A DNA stretch of 64,000 nt from assembly GCA_002498605.1 (NCBI GenBank), contig DAHY01000009.1:22971-86970 (forward strand), in the 5' to 3' direction. Position 1 is the stretch's first letter. Each line of letters opens with the position of its first letter. Below the pieces are notes generated by a model, which did no database searches, had not been told where the DNA came from, and saw only the letters and a list, made by a program, of their open reading frames with translations. The translations under genes and the position numbers were made by a program. This DNA comes from Methanomassiliicoccaceae archaeon UBA404. GTDB taxonomy: Archaea > Thermoplasmatota > Thermoplasmata > Methanomassiliicoccales > Methanomethylophilaceae. Below, in pieces: positions 10,564 through 19,824 of the stretch.

Positions 10564-11493
10564 ATGTCTGGTGTTGCCCGAGTAAAAGCCGGATGGTACA
10601 ATGCGTTCAGACCGTGGACACTCCATGGTGCCGTCGTTCCCATAGTATTGGCGGGAATGGTGGCACTGTATGATTTTAATTTTAATTGGGGTATCTTTGA
10701 CTGGTTTATCTTTTCCCTTGTAATGATCGGCGGCATATTGCTGCAATCCGCCGCCAATCTTCTCAACACTTACGGGGATTTCAAGAAAGGAACCGACACA
10801 GTAGAAAATCATACCCGGTCTCCCGAATTGGTAACAGGAGAACTTAAGCCCACAGACGTAAGAAATGCAGGGCTGCTGTGTGTCGGCATTGTCGCGTTGA
10901 TAGGTATTGTACTTGTCTGGTACAGCGGCTGGTGGCTGCTTGTCATAGGGCTCGCCGGGATGTTCGGGGTCGTGATGTACACCCTGGGCGTTTCATACAA
11001 ATATCTGGGTCTGGGACAGCCAAGCACATTTCTCCTTATGGGTATTCTGATGCCTGTCGGAACTTATTACACGATGACTGGTACCATTACATGGATCCCC
11101 ATTCTGCTGACACTGCCGAATGCATTCACATTGACCGGTGTTCTTGCCGGCAACGAAACAAGGGATTATCACACCGACAAAGAAGCCGAAGCAAAGACAA
11201 TGTCCGGTCATATGAGTTATGAGGGAGCACTGAGATATTACAGAGTCTTGAATTTTATGTGTTATCCGATTCTTTTAATCGTAATCGGATTCCGTGTGAT
11301 TCCCGTAACCTGTCTGCTGGCGGTTTTGGCACTGTACGATTATCATAAACTGTATATTAATTCAAAAACCGAACCGATGGATAAAAAATCCGGATTTATG
11401 CTGGTGCCCAGAGCCTTCACTCATAATTGGCATTTCGGTGCTTTGCTTGCAATAGGTTATTTAATCGGTGTCGGCGTTCCGTTGCTGATTTGA
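10564..11493 (+). CDS. menA: MenA-like UbiA-family prenyltransferase
   Basis: RPWTL, NLLNTYGDFKKGTD, YKYLGLG, NETRDYHTDKEAEAKT; multi-TM. Confidence 0.8.
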   Translation: MSGVARVKAGWYNAFRPWTLHGAVVPIVLAGMVALYDFNFNWGIFDWFIFSLVMIGGILLQSAANLLNTYGDFKKGTDTVENHTRSPELVTGELKPTDVRNAGLLCVGIVALIGIVLVWYSGWWLLVIGLAGMFGVVMYTLGVSYKYLGLGQPSTFLLMGILMPVGTYYTMTGTITWIPILLTLPNAFTLTGVLAGNETRDYHTDKEAEAKTMSGHMSYEGALRYYRVLNFMCYPILLIVIGFRVIPVTCLLAVLALYDYHKLYINSKTEPMDKKSGFMLVPRAFTHNWHFGALLAIGYLIGVGVPLLI

Positions 11494-12233
11494 TGAAAGA
11501 AGACAAGCAGCTCGGGATTCAATTCGAGGGCAAAGACGTCTATGTCAAAGACGTATTTACTGAGATTTCCTCATATTATGACGAAATGAACGACATAATG
11601 TCAATGGGTATGATCAAACGCTGGCACAAGTTCATGATGAAGAAACTCGGAGACCTCGACGGCAAGAAATGTTTGGATGTGGGCACCGGTACGGGTGAAA
11701 TCGCATTCATGATGGCATCCCGCGGAGGAAACGTTACCGGAATAGATCTTACGCCGGCAATGATAGAGCTTGCAGAAAAAAAGATAGCCGAAAACAATAT
11801 GCCGGCGGTGGAAATGATTGTCGGAGATGCTTTGAATCTTCCTTTCGAAAACGAAACTTTCGATTGCATCACATCAGGATACATGCTCAGAAACGTAACC
11901 GACATTCCCCGGGCAGTAGCTGAGATGCACCGGGTTTTGAAATCGGGTGGCGTCTGTGTCGTCGCAGAACTGGCAAGACCGACCAACCGTCTTATACGTC
12001 CGTTTTACAATTTTTACATGAACAGAATAATTCCGCGTTACGGACGGAAATACGACAAAGGGCAATCAATTGACGGCAGAGAACCGGCTTACGATTGGCT
12101 CACGGCATCCATAGAAGGTTTTCCGTACGGCAAAGCAATGACGGACATCTTTTTCGATGTGGGTTTTGACGATGCGAAATTCTTTGTAAAGAGTTTCGGC
12201 GCCGTAAACATATATGTGGGAACAAAAAAGTGA
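11493..12233 (+). CDS. menG: UbiE/MenG-family methyltransferase
   Basis: YDEMNDIMSMG, LDVGTGTG, LRNV, WLTASIEGFP; overlaps menA stop (TGATG). Confidence 0.82.
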   Translation: MKEDKQLGIQFEGKDVYVKDVFTEISSYYDEMNDIMSMGMIKRWHKFMMKKLGDLDGKKCLDVGTGTGEIAFMMASRGGNVTGIDLTPAMIELAEKKIAENNMPAVEMIVGDALNLPFENETFDCITSGYMLRNVTDIPRAVAEMHRVLKSGGVCVVAELARPTNRLIRPFYNFYMNRIIPRYGRKYDKGQSIDGREPAYDWLTASIEGFPYGKAMTDIFFDVGFDDAKFFVKSFGAVNIYVGTKK

Positions 12234-12257
12234 ATACCGGCCTCATCGGCCGGTATT
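12233..12257. terminator. hairpin between convergent genes
   Basis: Perfect 10-bp inverted repeat AATACCGGCC-N5-GGCCGGTATT. Confidence 0.55.
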
Positions 12258-12263
12258 GTTTCT

Positions 12264-13676
12264 TTAAGGTTTTTTCTTGGGGCTTTCGTAGAAAGCTTTG
12301 ATAGCCAGATACAAAGTGTACGCGTCGGCTTTCGAAGTGACTTCCACGGGAGCATGCATAGACAGCACGGGTACGCCCATATCGACGGTATCGAGATTAT
12401 GGATGGAAATTTCCGCTGCTATGGTACCTCCTCCGCCGGCCTCAATTTTACCCAATTCCCCGACCTGCCAGTGAATTTCCGCATCATCAAGAATATCTCT
12501 GAGGAATCCCATCGTTTCGGCGGAAGCGTCATTGGTTGAATATTTTCCGCCGGAACCCGTGTATTTGGATACGACGGGCCCGCGTCCCAGATACGAACAG
12601 TTGGTCGGTTCGTAAACATCCATAAACGCAGGATCCACGGCGGCGTTGACATCGCAGGAAAGACACATCGATCTTTGGAGTATGTGACGTACTTTCAAAC
12701 CGTAAGTGTCGGCAATATCTTCCATGAAGTCTCTGAAGAAGAAAGATCTCATTCCCGTGGTTCCGTCGGAACCCGTTTCTTCTTTGTCCGCAAACACCGT
12801 TAAAGTGGTGTATTCGGGGTTTGTTGTTGCGAGTTCCGCCATCAGATTGGCATATGCACAGACGCTGTCGTCCTGTCCGTAAGCACCTATCATGGAACGA
12901 TCCAGGCCGAAGTCCATGGGTTTTGCCGCAGGTACCGCGCACAATTCCGCGGTGAGGAAGTCTTTTTCGGATATGCCGTATTTTTCATGAAGAATATTCA
13001 TGATGTTGAGTTTTACCTTTTCGGAAACCTTTTCGTCATCGTAAGGCCAAGAGCCGACAAGAATATTCAAATTCTCGGGACTGAATGCTTCTGCGACAGT
13101 CTGTTTCATTTGGTTTCTTGCAAGATGAGGCAAGAGGTCCGTAACACAGAACTGCGGTTCTCCTTCTTCTTCGCCGATTGCAATCTTTATGGTTTTTCCG
13201 TCTCCGGTGCAAACGATTCCGTGAAGAGAAAGGGGTATGGTAAACCATTGGTATTTTTTGATACCGCCGTAATAGTGTGTTTTCAAATAGGCCATTCCGG
13301 TGCTTTCGAACAGCGGATTGGGTTTGAGATCCAATCTTGGACTGTCTATATGACTTACTCCTATGCGTATTCCTTCGGAAACCGGTTTCTTTCCCATTGT
13401 TACCATGAGAAGGTTTTTGTCCCTGTTGTTCAGATAGAATTTATCGCCCGCGGCGTATTTTTTACCGCGAACGTATTCCGTGTATCCTTTGGATTTCAGA
13501 AGAGGGATTGTGTAATCCACGACCTCTCTTTCGGTTTTGCAGTTAAGGAATTCTTTGTATCCTTCACAAAATTCCTGGGCGCTCTCCAATAAAGAATGTT
13601 TTCTCTCACCAAGACTCTTGGGAGACATGAGCAATTCTTCGGCGAGCTTCTGGCCTTCGGTTTTTTCTTTGTCCAT
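12264..13676 (-). CDS. M18 family aminopeptidase
   Basis: HIDSPRLDLKP, THYYGGIKKYQW, GQDD, DKEETGS, SMHAP. Confidence 0.92.
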   Translation of the reverse strand: MDKEKTEGQKLAEELLMSPKSLGERKHSLLESAQEFCEGYKEFLNCKTEREVVDYTIPLLKSKGYTEYVRGKKYAAGDKFYLNNRDKNLLMVTMGKKPVSEGIRIGVSHIDSPRLDLKPNPLFESTGMAYLKTHYYGGIKKYQWFTIPLSLHGIVCTGDGKTIKIAIGEEEGEPQFCVTDLLPHLARNQMKQTVAEAFSPENLNILVGSWPYDDEKVSEKVKLNIMNILHEKYGISEKDFLTAELCAVPAAKPMDFGLDRSMIGAYGQDDSVCAYANLMAELATTNPEYTTLTVFADKEETGSDGTTGMRSFFFRDFMEDIADTYGLKVRHILQRSMCLSCDVNAAVDPAFMDVYEPTNCSYLGRGPVVSKYTGSGGKYSTNDASAETMGFLRDILDDAEIHWQVGELGKIEAGGGGTIAAEISIHNLDTVDMGVPVLSMHAPVEVTSKADAYTLYLAIKAFYESPKKKP

Positions 13677-13758
13677 GAAAGGACAATGAATCCGATGTAC
13701 TTGATAGTTTTCAAATATGGGCCGATTCTGGGAGGATTCCGGTTTGTTGTTTTTAAAA

Positions 13759-13865
13759 TGTCATATGCATTGTTAAATTATGTCATATAAATTAAAAATA
13801 AGTCATATAAACGACATATAAATATGAAAGATTTTGAAATATAAATTATATAAATGTCGTTATAA
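13759..13865. repeat. AT-rich region with degenerate direct repeats (consensus TGTCATATAAA)
   Basis: Copies at 13759, 13781, 13801, 13813, 13855. Confidence 0.55.
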
Positions 13866-13914
13866 TCGATATTATTATAAACTATAATCTGTATTAACGT
13901 CACGGGATGCCGTC

Positions 13915-15198
13915 ATGCTATACGCAGGAGAATTGGTCAGCCGGCCGGAAGGGATGGGCACCGCACATCTTTCACTACATGACTGCCTGTCCTCAAAATT
14001 TTTTGAGTATTACTCGGCATTTGCCAATTCGGGCGGAGGAACTATATTCGTATCATCCGGGAAATTCGAATCCGATACGGATGAAACAATATCCCTTCTG
14101 AGAAGCAAACTGTCGGATAAATCAATAATCAGTTCAAATTCCATAAAAGATTCCGATTTTGTCAAAACGCCGGAAGGGTTCAAACTTGATGTCACTCCGG
14201 CAGATCGATTTTTACGCCCTGTATATCTGGGCAGCTCCCCTGAAACGGGTACATTCGTATGGAAAGACAATGACGTTTTTATCTGTGAAACCGAACAGGT
14301 TATGTCAATGATCCGAGACGGTTCAACCACATATGACGGAACATCTTTGAACGATTTTGTTGTTTCTGCAATCAATCAGAATTCTGTTGATGATTTTAAA
14401 TCAGCTTTAAACAAGGATCATATGTGGAAGAATTTCGACGCCGGGAAGTTGATTGCCTCTTCTTTGATTGCAAGAGAACAGAACGGCAGTCTCAAACCCA
14501 CGGTTGCAGGACTACTGTTGTTTTCCGATTATCATATCGCCGGCAGTTATCTCAGGGGATACAGGCTGAGATATTCAGATAAAAACTGGACCGTAGATTC
14601 GGAGGACGGAAGATGGACCGGAAACATTCACGATTTTCGTTCCGAAGTGAAAACCTGCGTATCTTCTATTTTCAAAAATATTTCCGAGCCTATTATGGAA
14701 TTGGTAACAAATGCGTTGGTTCATGCCGATTATAATTTCGGTGACGGCGTATCGATTGTATGCGATGACAATTCGGTGGTAATTACAAATTACGGTCTGT
14801 TCAGATCATCTGTTGATTCATCAATAAAAGGGGAACGCAATCGCAGAAATCCGATTATGGCGAACATAATAGGGGCGATATCACATTTCCGGGGTCTGGG
14901 TCATGCAATACAGTCTTTGCAAAAATTCGAATTCAACACGTATATAGATCAGGATTTGGTATCCGGCAAGGTAACGGTAACAGTCAAATCTTTTGCGGAG
15001 AAGGGCGTAGAAATAAGTCCGTATGCAAAGAAAGTCCTGGAACTCGTAACTGCGAACAAAGATCTTGTGATAGATCAAATTTCTGAAAAAATCGGACTCG
15101 GCAGGCGCCAGACAGAGCGTTACATTTCCGAATTAAGGGATAAGGGAATTATCGAAAGGGAAGGCAGCCGCCGTTCCGGAAAATGGAAAATGCTGTAA
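13915..15198 (+). CDS. AlbA_2/Schlafen-like + HATPase-like + C-terminal wHTH protein
   Basis: YSAFANSGGGTI, PTVAGLLLF, ELVTNALVHADY, RRNPIMA, C-terminal HTH ending REGSRRSGKW. Confidence 0.8.
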   Translation: MLYAGELVSRPEGMGTAHLSLHDCLSSKFFEYYSAFANSGGGTIFVSSGKFESDTDETISLLRSKLSDKSIISSNSIKDSDFVKTPEGFKLDVTPADRFLRPVYLGSSPETGTFVWKDNDVFICETEQVMSMIRDGSTTYDGTSLNDFVVSAINQNSVDDFKSALNKDHMWKNFDAGKLIASSLIAREQNGSLKPTVAGLLLFSDYHIAGSYLRGYRLRYSDKNWTVDSEDGRWTGNIHDFRSEVKTCVSSIFKNISEPIMELVTNALVHADYNFGDGVSIVCDDNSVVITNYGLFRSSVDSSIKGERNRRNPIMANIIGAISHFRGLGHAIQSLQKFEFNTYIDQDLVSGKVTVTVKSFAEKGVEISPYAKKVLELVTANKDLVIDQISEKIGLGRRQTERYISELRDKGIIEREGSRRSGKWKML

Positions 15199-15282
15199 CA
15201 TCAAAACATCACCGATGATGAAAACAGAATAAGATTATTTTTTATTCAGGATAAATTAATTAAAAGAAGAGGAAAGAGTTTT

Positions 15283-15303
15283 CGGCATCTTAGAAAGATG
15301 CCG
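15283..15303. terminator. hairpin between convergent genes
   Basis: CGGCATCTT-AGA-AAGATGCCG. Confidence 0.5.
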
Positions 15304-15323
15304 CTCAATCAGGTTCTGAAACT

Positions 15324-15701
15324 TTACTTCGGAACGTCGGTCTGAGAGCAGTCCAACGCAGGCCCCGTTTCATAAAGCGGCGGCGGCTTGCTGCGAACAG
15401 CGTCGATGACGCCGTCCGGCACCTCCAGGAAATCGACGAGATCCTGGTTGGATACGTATCCGCCGCTGGTGATTACGGCCCCCTCGTACTCAGCGATGGG
15501 CAAAACATCGAATCCGTCGGCCTTGACAAGCGCCTGGGCTTCACCGTCACCGGTAACGTCGGCGGCTGACTTGCAGTCAACGTATTCCACATTGAATCCC
15601 GCTTTCAGGAGGGCATCCTTGGCCTTCTTGAACCTTTTGTAATCGGAAGCATGCTTCTTGCGTGCAGCTCCCGAATCATAGACTATGATGACATTGTCCA
15701 T
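15324..15701 (-). CDS. ArsD-like thioredoxin-fold protein lacking the N-terminal Cys cluster
   Basis: C-terminal half (ALVKADGFDVLPI..EGAVITSGGY) resembles ArsD. Confidence 0.55.
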   Translation of the reverse strand: MDNVIIVYDSGAARKKHASDYKRFKKAKDALLKAGFNVEYVDCKSAADVTGDGEAQALVKADGFDVLPIAEYEGAVITSGGYVSNQDLVDFLEVPDGVIDAVRSKPPPLYETGPALDCSQTDVPK

Positions 15702-15892
15702 GAAAGTGAAATGTTTTCGAACCTTATATTTTACTTTTGCATGTACCATCCCTGTTTAATGTACATAATCATGCATAAAGTATCAGAATGAGTTATTATT
15801 CTTCATTAATCAATTTTCAATAAAAGTTGAAAAGCATCGGTTTTCCAATCAAAAGGAGAAGTTTATTTTCTTTAAATCATATACGCAGAACG

Positions 15893-16585
15893 ATGTCCGT
15901 TTTCAAGAATATAAAGAACTCAGAAATTTTTAGGTTGAAGGACCTTATTTCCGAAGGCCGGGGTCAAACAATAAGTTACAGTATGCTCGACAACTCCGAC
16001 GTATCGATTCATATGTATTTTTTTGACGAAGGGGAAGAAATAAGCGAGATGAAATCCCCGTTTCAAAATCTGATTAAAGTTTTGGACGGAGAATTAAAAA
16101 TAGACGGCAAATCGCCCGCAGAACTTACTGAGGGAGAACTTTACGTCATTCCTCCCAACACGGATACAGTAATCTCCGCTGCAAAATCAGTTAAGTACAT
16201 AAGCATATTACTGCCCATGGAAGGGGAACTCATCAAAAATATAGATCTGTCCACCAAGATGATTGCGAAAGAATTGGTAGATTACCGCCCCGGTCAGGTG
16301 GTAAATTTGACGTTGGTCAATAAACCGGGTCTCAATCTGTCCGTAATAGCCATTGACGAGGGGGAAGGTTTGAAAACACATACAGCTCCCGGCGACGCAA
16401 TGGTACTGGCTCTTGACGGTGAAGCCAAGATAACCATAGCAGACGAGGAATTCATGCTCAGGGAAGGCGAGACAATCATTCTGCCGAAGAGTATTCCCCA
16501 TGCAGTATACGGGATGACCAAATTCAAGATGTTGCTTATTCTGGTTAAGGACGTCGAAGCCAAGAAGCCTGTTGTACCAAACTGA
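15893..16585 (+). CDS. tandem cupin-domain protein
   Basis: Two cupin repeats; the second has HTAPGDA...LDGE...PH. Confidence 0.85.
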   Translation: MSVFKNIKNSEIFRLKDLISEGRGQTISYSMLDNSDVSIHMYFFDEGEEISEMKSPFQNLIKVLDGELKIDGKSPAELTEGELYVIPPNTDTVISAAKSVKYISILLPMEGELIKNIDLSTKMIAKELVDYRPGQVVNLTLVNKPGLNLSVIAIDEGEGLKTHTAPGDAMVLALDGEAKITIADEEFMLREGETIILPKSIPHAVYGMTKFKMLLILVKDVEAKKPVVPN

Positions 16586-16869
16586 CGGATAAAAGTAAAT
16601 CCGATAACCAAACCATTTACTTTTCTTTTAAAATCCGTTTATTATTGTGCATTTTGGCTTTGCAATATGATTTTTTTATACAAAATTCATTTCTTATAAT
16701 CATTTTTGTGGTTTAGCCGTCATGTCATTGTTTATCAAATTGATTTTTCAAATCATTACCGACACTATTTCCGGGATATTGACATTTAAAGTCAACATAA
16801 TTTTTTGACAGAATGTTATTACTGTGTAAGAGTACATACCGACATCTTACACGGAAGAGAGGTGAACCT

Positions 16870-17874
16870 ATGAAAAACAAACCTTTCGTATGGCAAATGG
16901 TGAAAGAAGCCGCTGAGCAGTCTGAAAACGAAATAATAACTTATGAGGAAATCAGGGAATACATAACCGCCCGTTACGGGAATGTAAATACTTCTACAAT
17001 CAATGCACAAATAATCGAAGGTTCGGTGAATCATCCGAGTCGAGTTCATTTCTCCAAAAATATCAAACCCCGCATATCCAACAGAGATGTCGATTTTCTT
17101 TTTAACGTCGGACGCGGTAAAGTGTCTCTGTACGATTCAAACAAACACGGAGTTTGGTGTATCACGAGAGCAAACGACGGTAAACTGGTGGTTGCAGAAT
17201 ATACAGAAGACAGTAAAAAAACTGTTTCGTCCGCTGTTTCAATGAAATCAAATAAACCCGCGAATAAAATACAAAAACGAAAATCGCAGAATGCCGATGT
17301 GCCCAGACCGTGTAAAAGTCAAATGGAATATTATCTGGATGCGTGGAATAATTTAGGAAACTATACCTTGCAGGAGGATGCGTTGAATGAATTATTTTTT
17401 AAAACTTATCCAAAAAACTCTGATATTAATCACGTACTCATAAAAGCTTCATCACTCAATGATTTTTACAGCACCAATATTTTTTCAATTTTCCCTGTTG
17501 CCAAACACATTTTCAACCTAGATATTGATGAAAGACTCGCCGACGGTGATGAAAATTTAGTTAACGAAATTGCTGTTGTAAAAATGGAAAACGGGTCTGT
17601 CAAAAAATTCTACTCTTTTGCTACGAAATACTGCAGTCACCATAAACCCCTGGATTATCCCATATATGACAGGTATGTTGATAGGATCCTGAGACATTTT
17701 CGTGATGTTGACGGTTTTTATTTTTTCAGAAACGATGATCTGAAAGATTATAAGGCCTTCAAAGGTATTCTGTCGGAGTTCCGGGATTTTTACGAATTAA
17801 CCGATTATACGTTGAAAGACATCGACAAGTATCTCTGGCAACTGGGCAAGGAAAAGTTTCCGATAAGGTACTGA
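16870..17874 (+). CDS. two-domain hypothetical protein (wHTH-like N-domain + HhH/glycosylase-like C-domain)
   Basis: RBS GAGGTGA; N-domain (VNHPSRVH...LFNVGRG...YD..KHG), linker, C-domain YSFATKYCSHH..YPIYD...DKYLW. Confidence 0.7.
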   Translation: MKNKPFVWQMVKEAAEQSENEIITYEEIREYITARYGNVNTSTINAQIIEGSVNHPSRVHFSKNIKPRISNRDVDFLFNVGRGKVSLYDSNKHGVWCITRANDGKLVVAEYTEDSKKTVSSAVSMKSNKPANKIQKRKSQNADVPRPCKSQMEYYLDAWNNLGNYTLQEDALNELFFKTYPKNSDINHVLIKASSLNDFYSTNIFSIFPVAKHIFNLDIDERLADGDENLVNEIAVVKMENGSVKKFYSFATKYCSHHKPLDYPIYDRYVDRILRHFRDVDGFYFFRNDDLKDYKAFKGILSEFRDFYELTDYTLKDIDKYLWQLGKEKFPIRY

Positions 17875-17969
17875 TTATCGGAGTTCGGCCTTAAATATAC
17901 AAATGCTCCGGCAATCCCGTACAAAGATTAAGCCAAGAGCAAAGGCGGTAGTAAAAGAAAAGAACAGAG

Positions 17970-18042
17970 TGCGGATGCCGGGATTTGAACCCAAGTTCTA
18001 ACCTTGGCAAGGTCAAGTGATAACCAGCTACACTACATCCGC
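17970..18042 (-). tRNA. tRNA-Gly(GCC)
   Basis: Reverse complement GCGGATG...TGACC-TTGCCAA-GGTTA...GGTTCAAATCC..CATCCGCA folds as a cloverleaf. Confidence 0.95.
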
Positions 18043-18349
18043 GTTATAATTCTTGATTGGCTTTTTCAATATATACTTTTTCATTAACGGTCTAACGGCA
18101 TTTCTTCGAATTAACAAATAAAATTATAACATCAGTGAAGACGGAATACAGACATCCGAACAGAATCAAACGGTTTGTCAAAATCGGCAATATAATTTTT
18201 GTTTTGCAATTCCGATGTTTGTGTGACGGCATATGCATTCCGTCATTTCCAGTCATCATTATAAGTAGGGCATGTATATTATCGTTTGAAATTAAGCGAT
18301 GTCTGCGTTGAAGTCGCAGGCGGTTTGACTTCAGATCAAGTGATATTAT

Positions 18350-19786
18350 ATGATCTCGAACTTTACTAAATTAGGAATCACGGAAGATGCCGCAAAGGCA
18401 ATGTTGGATATGGGTTGGGAAGAACCCACACCGATTCAGAAAGAGGCCGTCCCCATAGGATTGAAAGGGCGCGATATGTTTGCTCAGGCCCAAACAGGCA
18501 CCGGTAAAACCGGTTGTTACGGTTCCATCATAATCGGAAAAATCGAAGCCGCCCAGAAAGTTCCCCATTCGATAATACTCGTTCCAACCAGAGAACTGGC
18601 GGTACAGGTATCCAAAGAACTGTCCAGACTGTCCAAGTATACGGGTCACGTAGCCGTTCCCATCTACGGCGGAGTCAGCATCGATGCTCAGATCAAGAAG
18701 CTGGACAAAGGAGCGGACATTATCGCGGGCACTCCCGGAAGAGTGAAAGATTTGATGAGACAGGGAGCATTGAACCTTTCTGCCATTGAAGTTGTCGTAC
18801 TTGACGAAGCGGACCGTATGCTGGAAATGGGTTTTATTGAAGACATAGAAGATATTCTGAAGATGATGCCCATCGGAAGACAGACTCTTCTGATGTCGGC
18901 AACAATGCCGGAAGACGTCAAACGTCTTTCTTACGATTATATGAAAAATCCCATTGAAATCAGTGTTTCGATGGATGAAGTCGTTCTGGATCTTACAAAA
19001 CAGTATTACATACCCATCGGACGCCGCAACAAGTCATGGGCCCTGAGCCGAATTCTTGATGCGAACAAATCCAAAGCAATAATTTTCTGTCAGACCAAGA
19101 GAATGGTGGATATGCTGGTGGAACGTCTTGAACGCTACGAGTACAAGGCCGAAGCCATTCACGGCGATATGCCTCAGAACAAGAGAGAAAGAGTCCTCAA
19201 CGAATTCAAGAACTTCCGTGAAGGGGAAGACGATGAGAAACGTACCGTCAGAATCCTTGTTGCCACCGATGTTGCGGCCAGAGGACTCGATGTGGAAGAT
19301 ATTACTTTTGTGATAAACTATGACATGCCCGAAGATGTTGAAACTTATATTCACAGAATCGGCAGAACCGGCCGTGCCGGAAAGGAAGGTACGGCTATTT
19401 CTTTCGTTACCGCGGAAGAAGAGCATCTTATCAAAGAGTTTGAACTGAGGACCGAGATGGTAATCGAAGAGATGGATGTTCCCGGAACCGAAGAAGGCGA
19501 AAAAGACACCATCCGAAGAGTGGTGGACTTCGATCAGGCCGCGGATGTCTTCGGTATGGTTAAGTTCGAAATAAATATCGGTAAAAAAGACGGACTCGGA
19601 AAAGTCGGAATTTCAGACTTTGTGGTCAGGAATGCCAGAATAATGGAGTATGCCATCGGCAATATTGAAATCGGCAACGATTCTTCAATCATCGAGGTTC
19701 ACAAAGATTTCGGCAGAAAGATGACCCAGGACCTTACCAAAGCGAGATTTGACGGGAACAGAGTCAACGTACAGGTAGTACAGTGA
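18350..19786 (+). CDS. DEAD-box RNA helicase with DbpA-type C-terminal domain
   Basis: PTPIQ, AQTGTGKT, PTRELA, DEAD, SAT, ARGLD, HRIGRTGR. Confidence 0.96.
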   Translation: MISNFTKLGITEDAAKAMLDMGWEEPTPIQKEAVPIGLKGRDMFAQAQTGTGKTGCYGSIIIGKIEAAQKVPHSIILVPTRELAVQVSKELSRLSKYTGHVAVPIYGGVSIDAQIKKLDKGADIIAGTPGRVKDLMRQGALNLSAIEVVVLDEADRMLEMGFIEDIEDILKMMPIGRQTLLMSATMPEDVKRLSYDYMKNPIEISVSMDEVVLDLTKQYYIPIGRRNKSWALSRILDANKSKAIIFCQTKRMVDMLVERLERYEYKAEAIHGDMPQNKRERVLNEFKNFREGEDDEKRTVRILVATDVAARGLDVEDITFVINYDMPEDVETYIHRIGRTGRAGKEGTAISFVTAEEEHLIKEFELRTEMVIEEMDVPGTEEGEKDTIRRVVDFDQAADVFGMVKFEINIGKKDGLGKVGISDFVVRNARIMEYAIGNIEIGNDSSIIEVHKDFGRKMTQDLTKARFDGNRVNVQVVQ

Positions 19787-19824
19787 TTCTCCCGCCAAAC
19801 CTCTTTTTTTATTTTTAAATCCGA

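Noticed and set aside
13700..17969. Integrated element at tRNA-Gly
   Set aside because: No integrase and no duplicated tRNA 3' end found; treated only as a variable region
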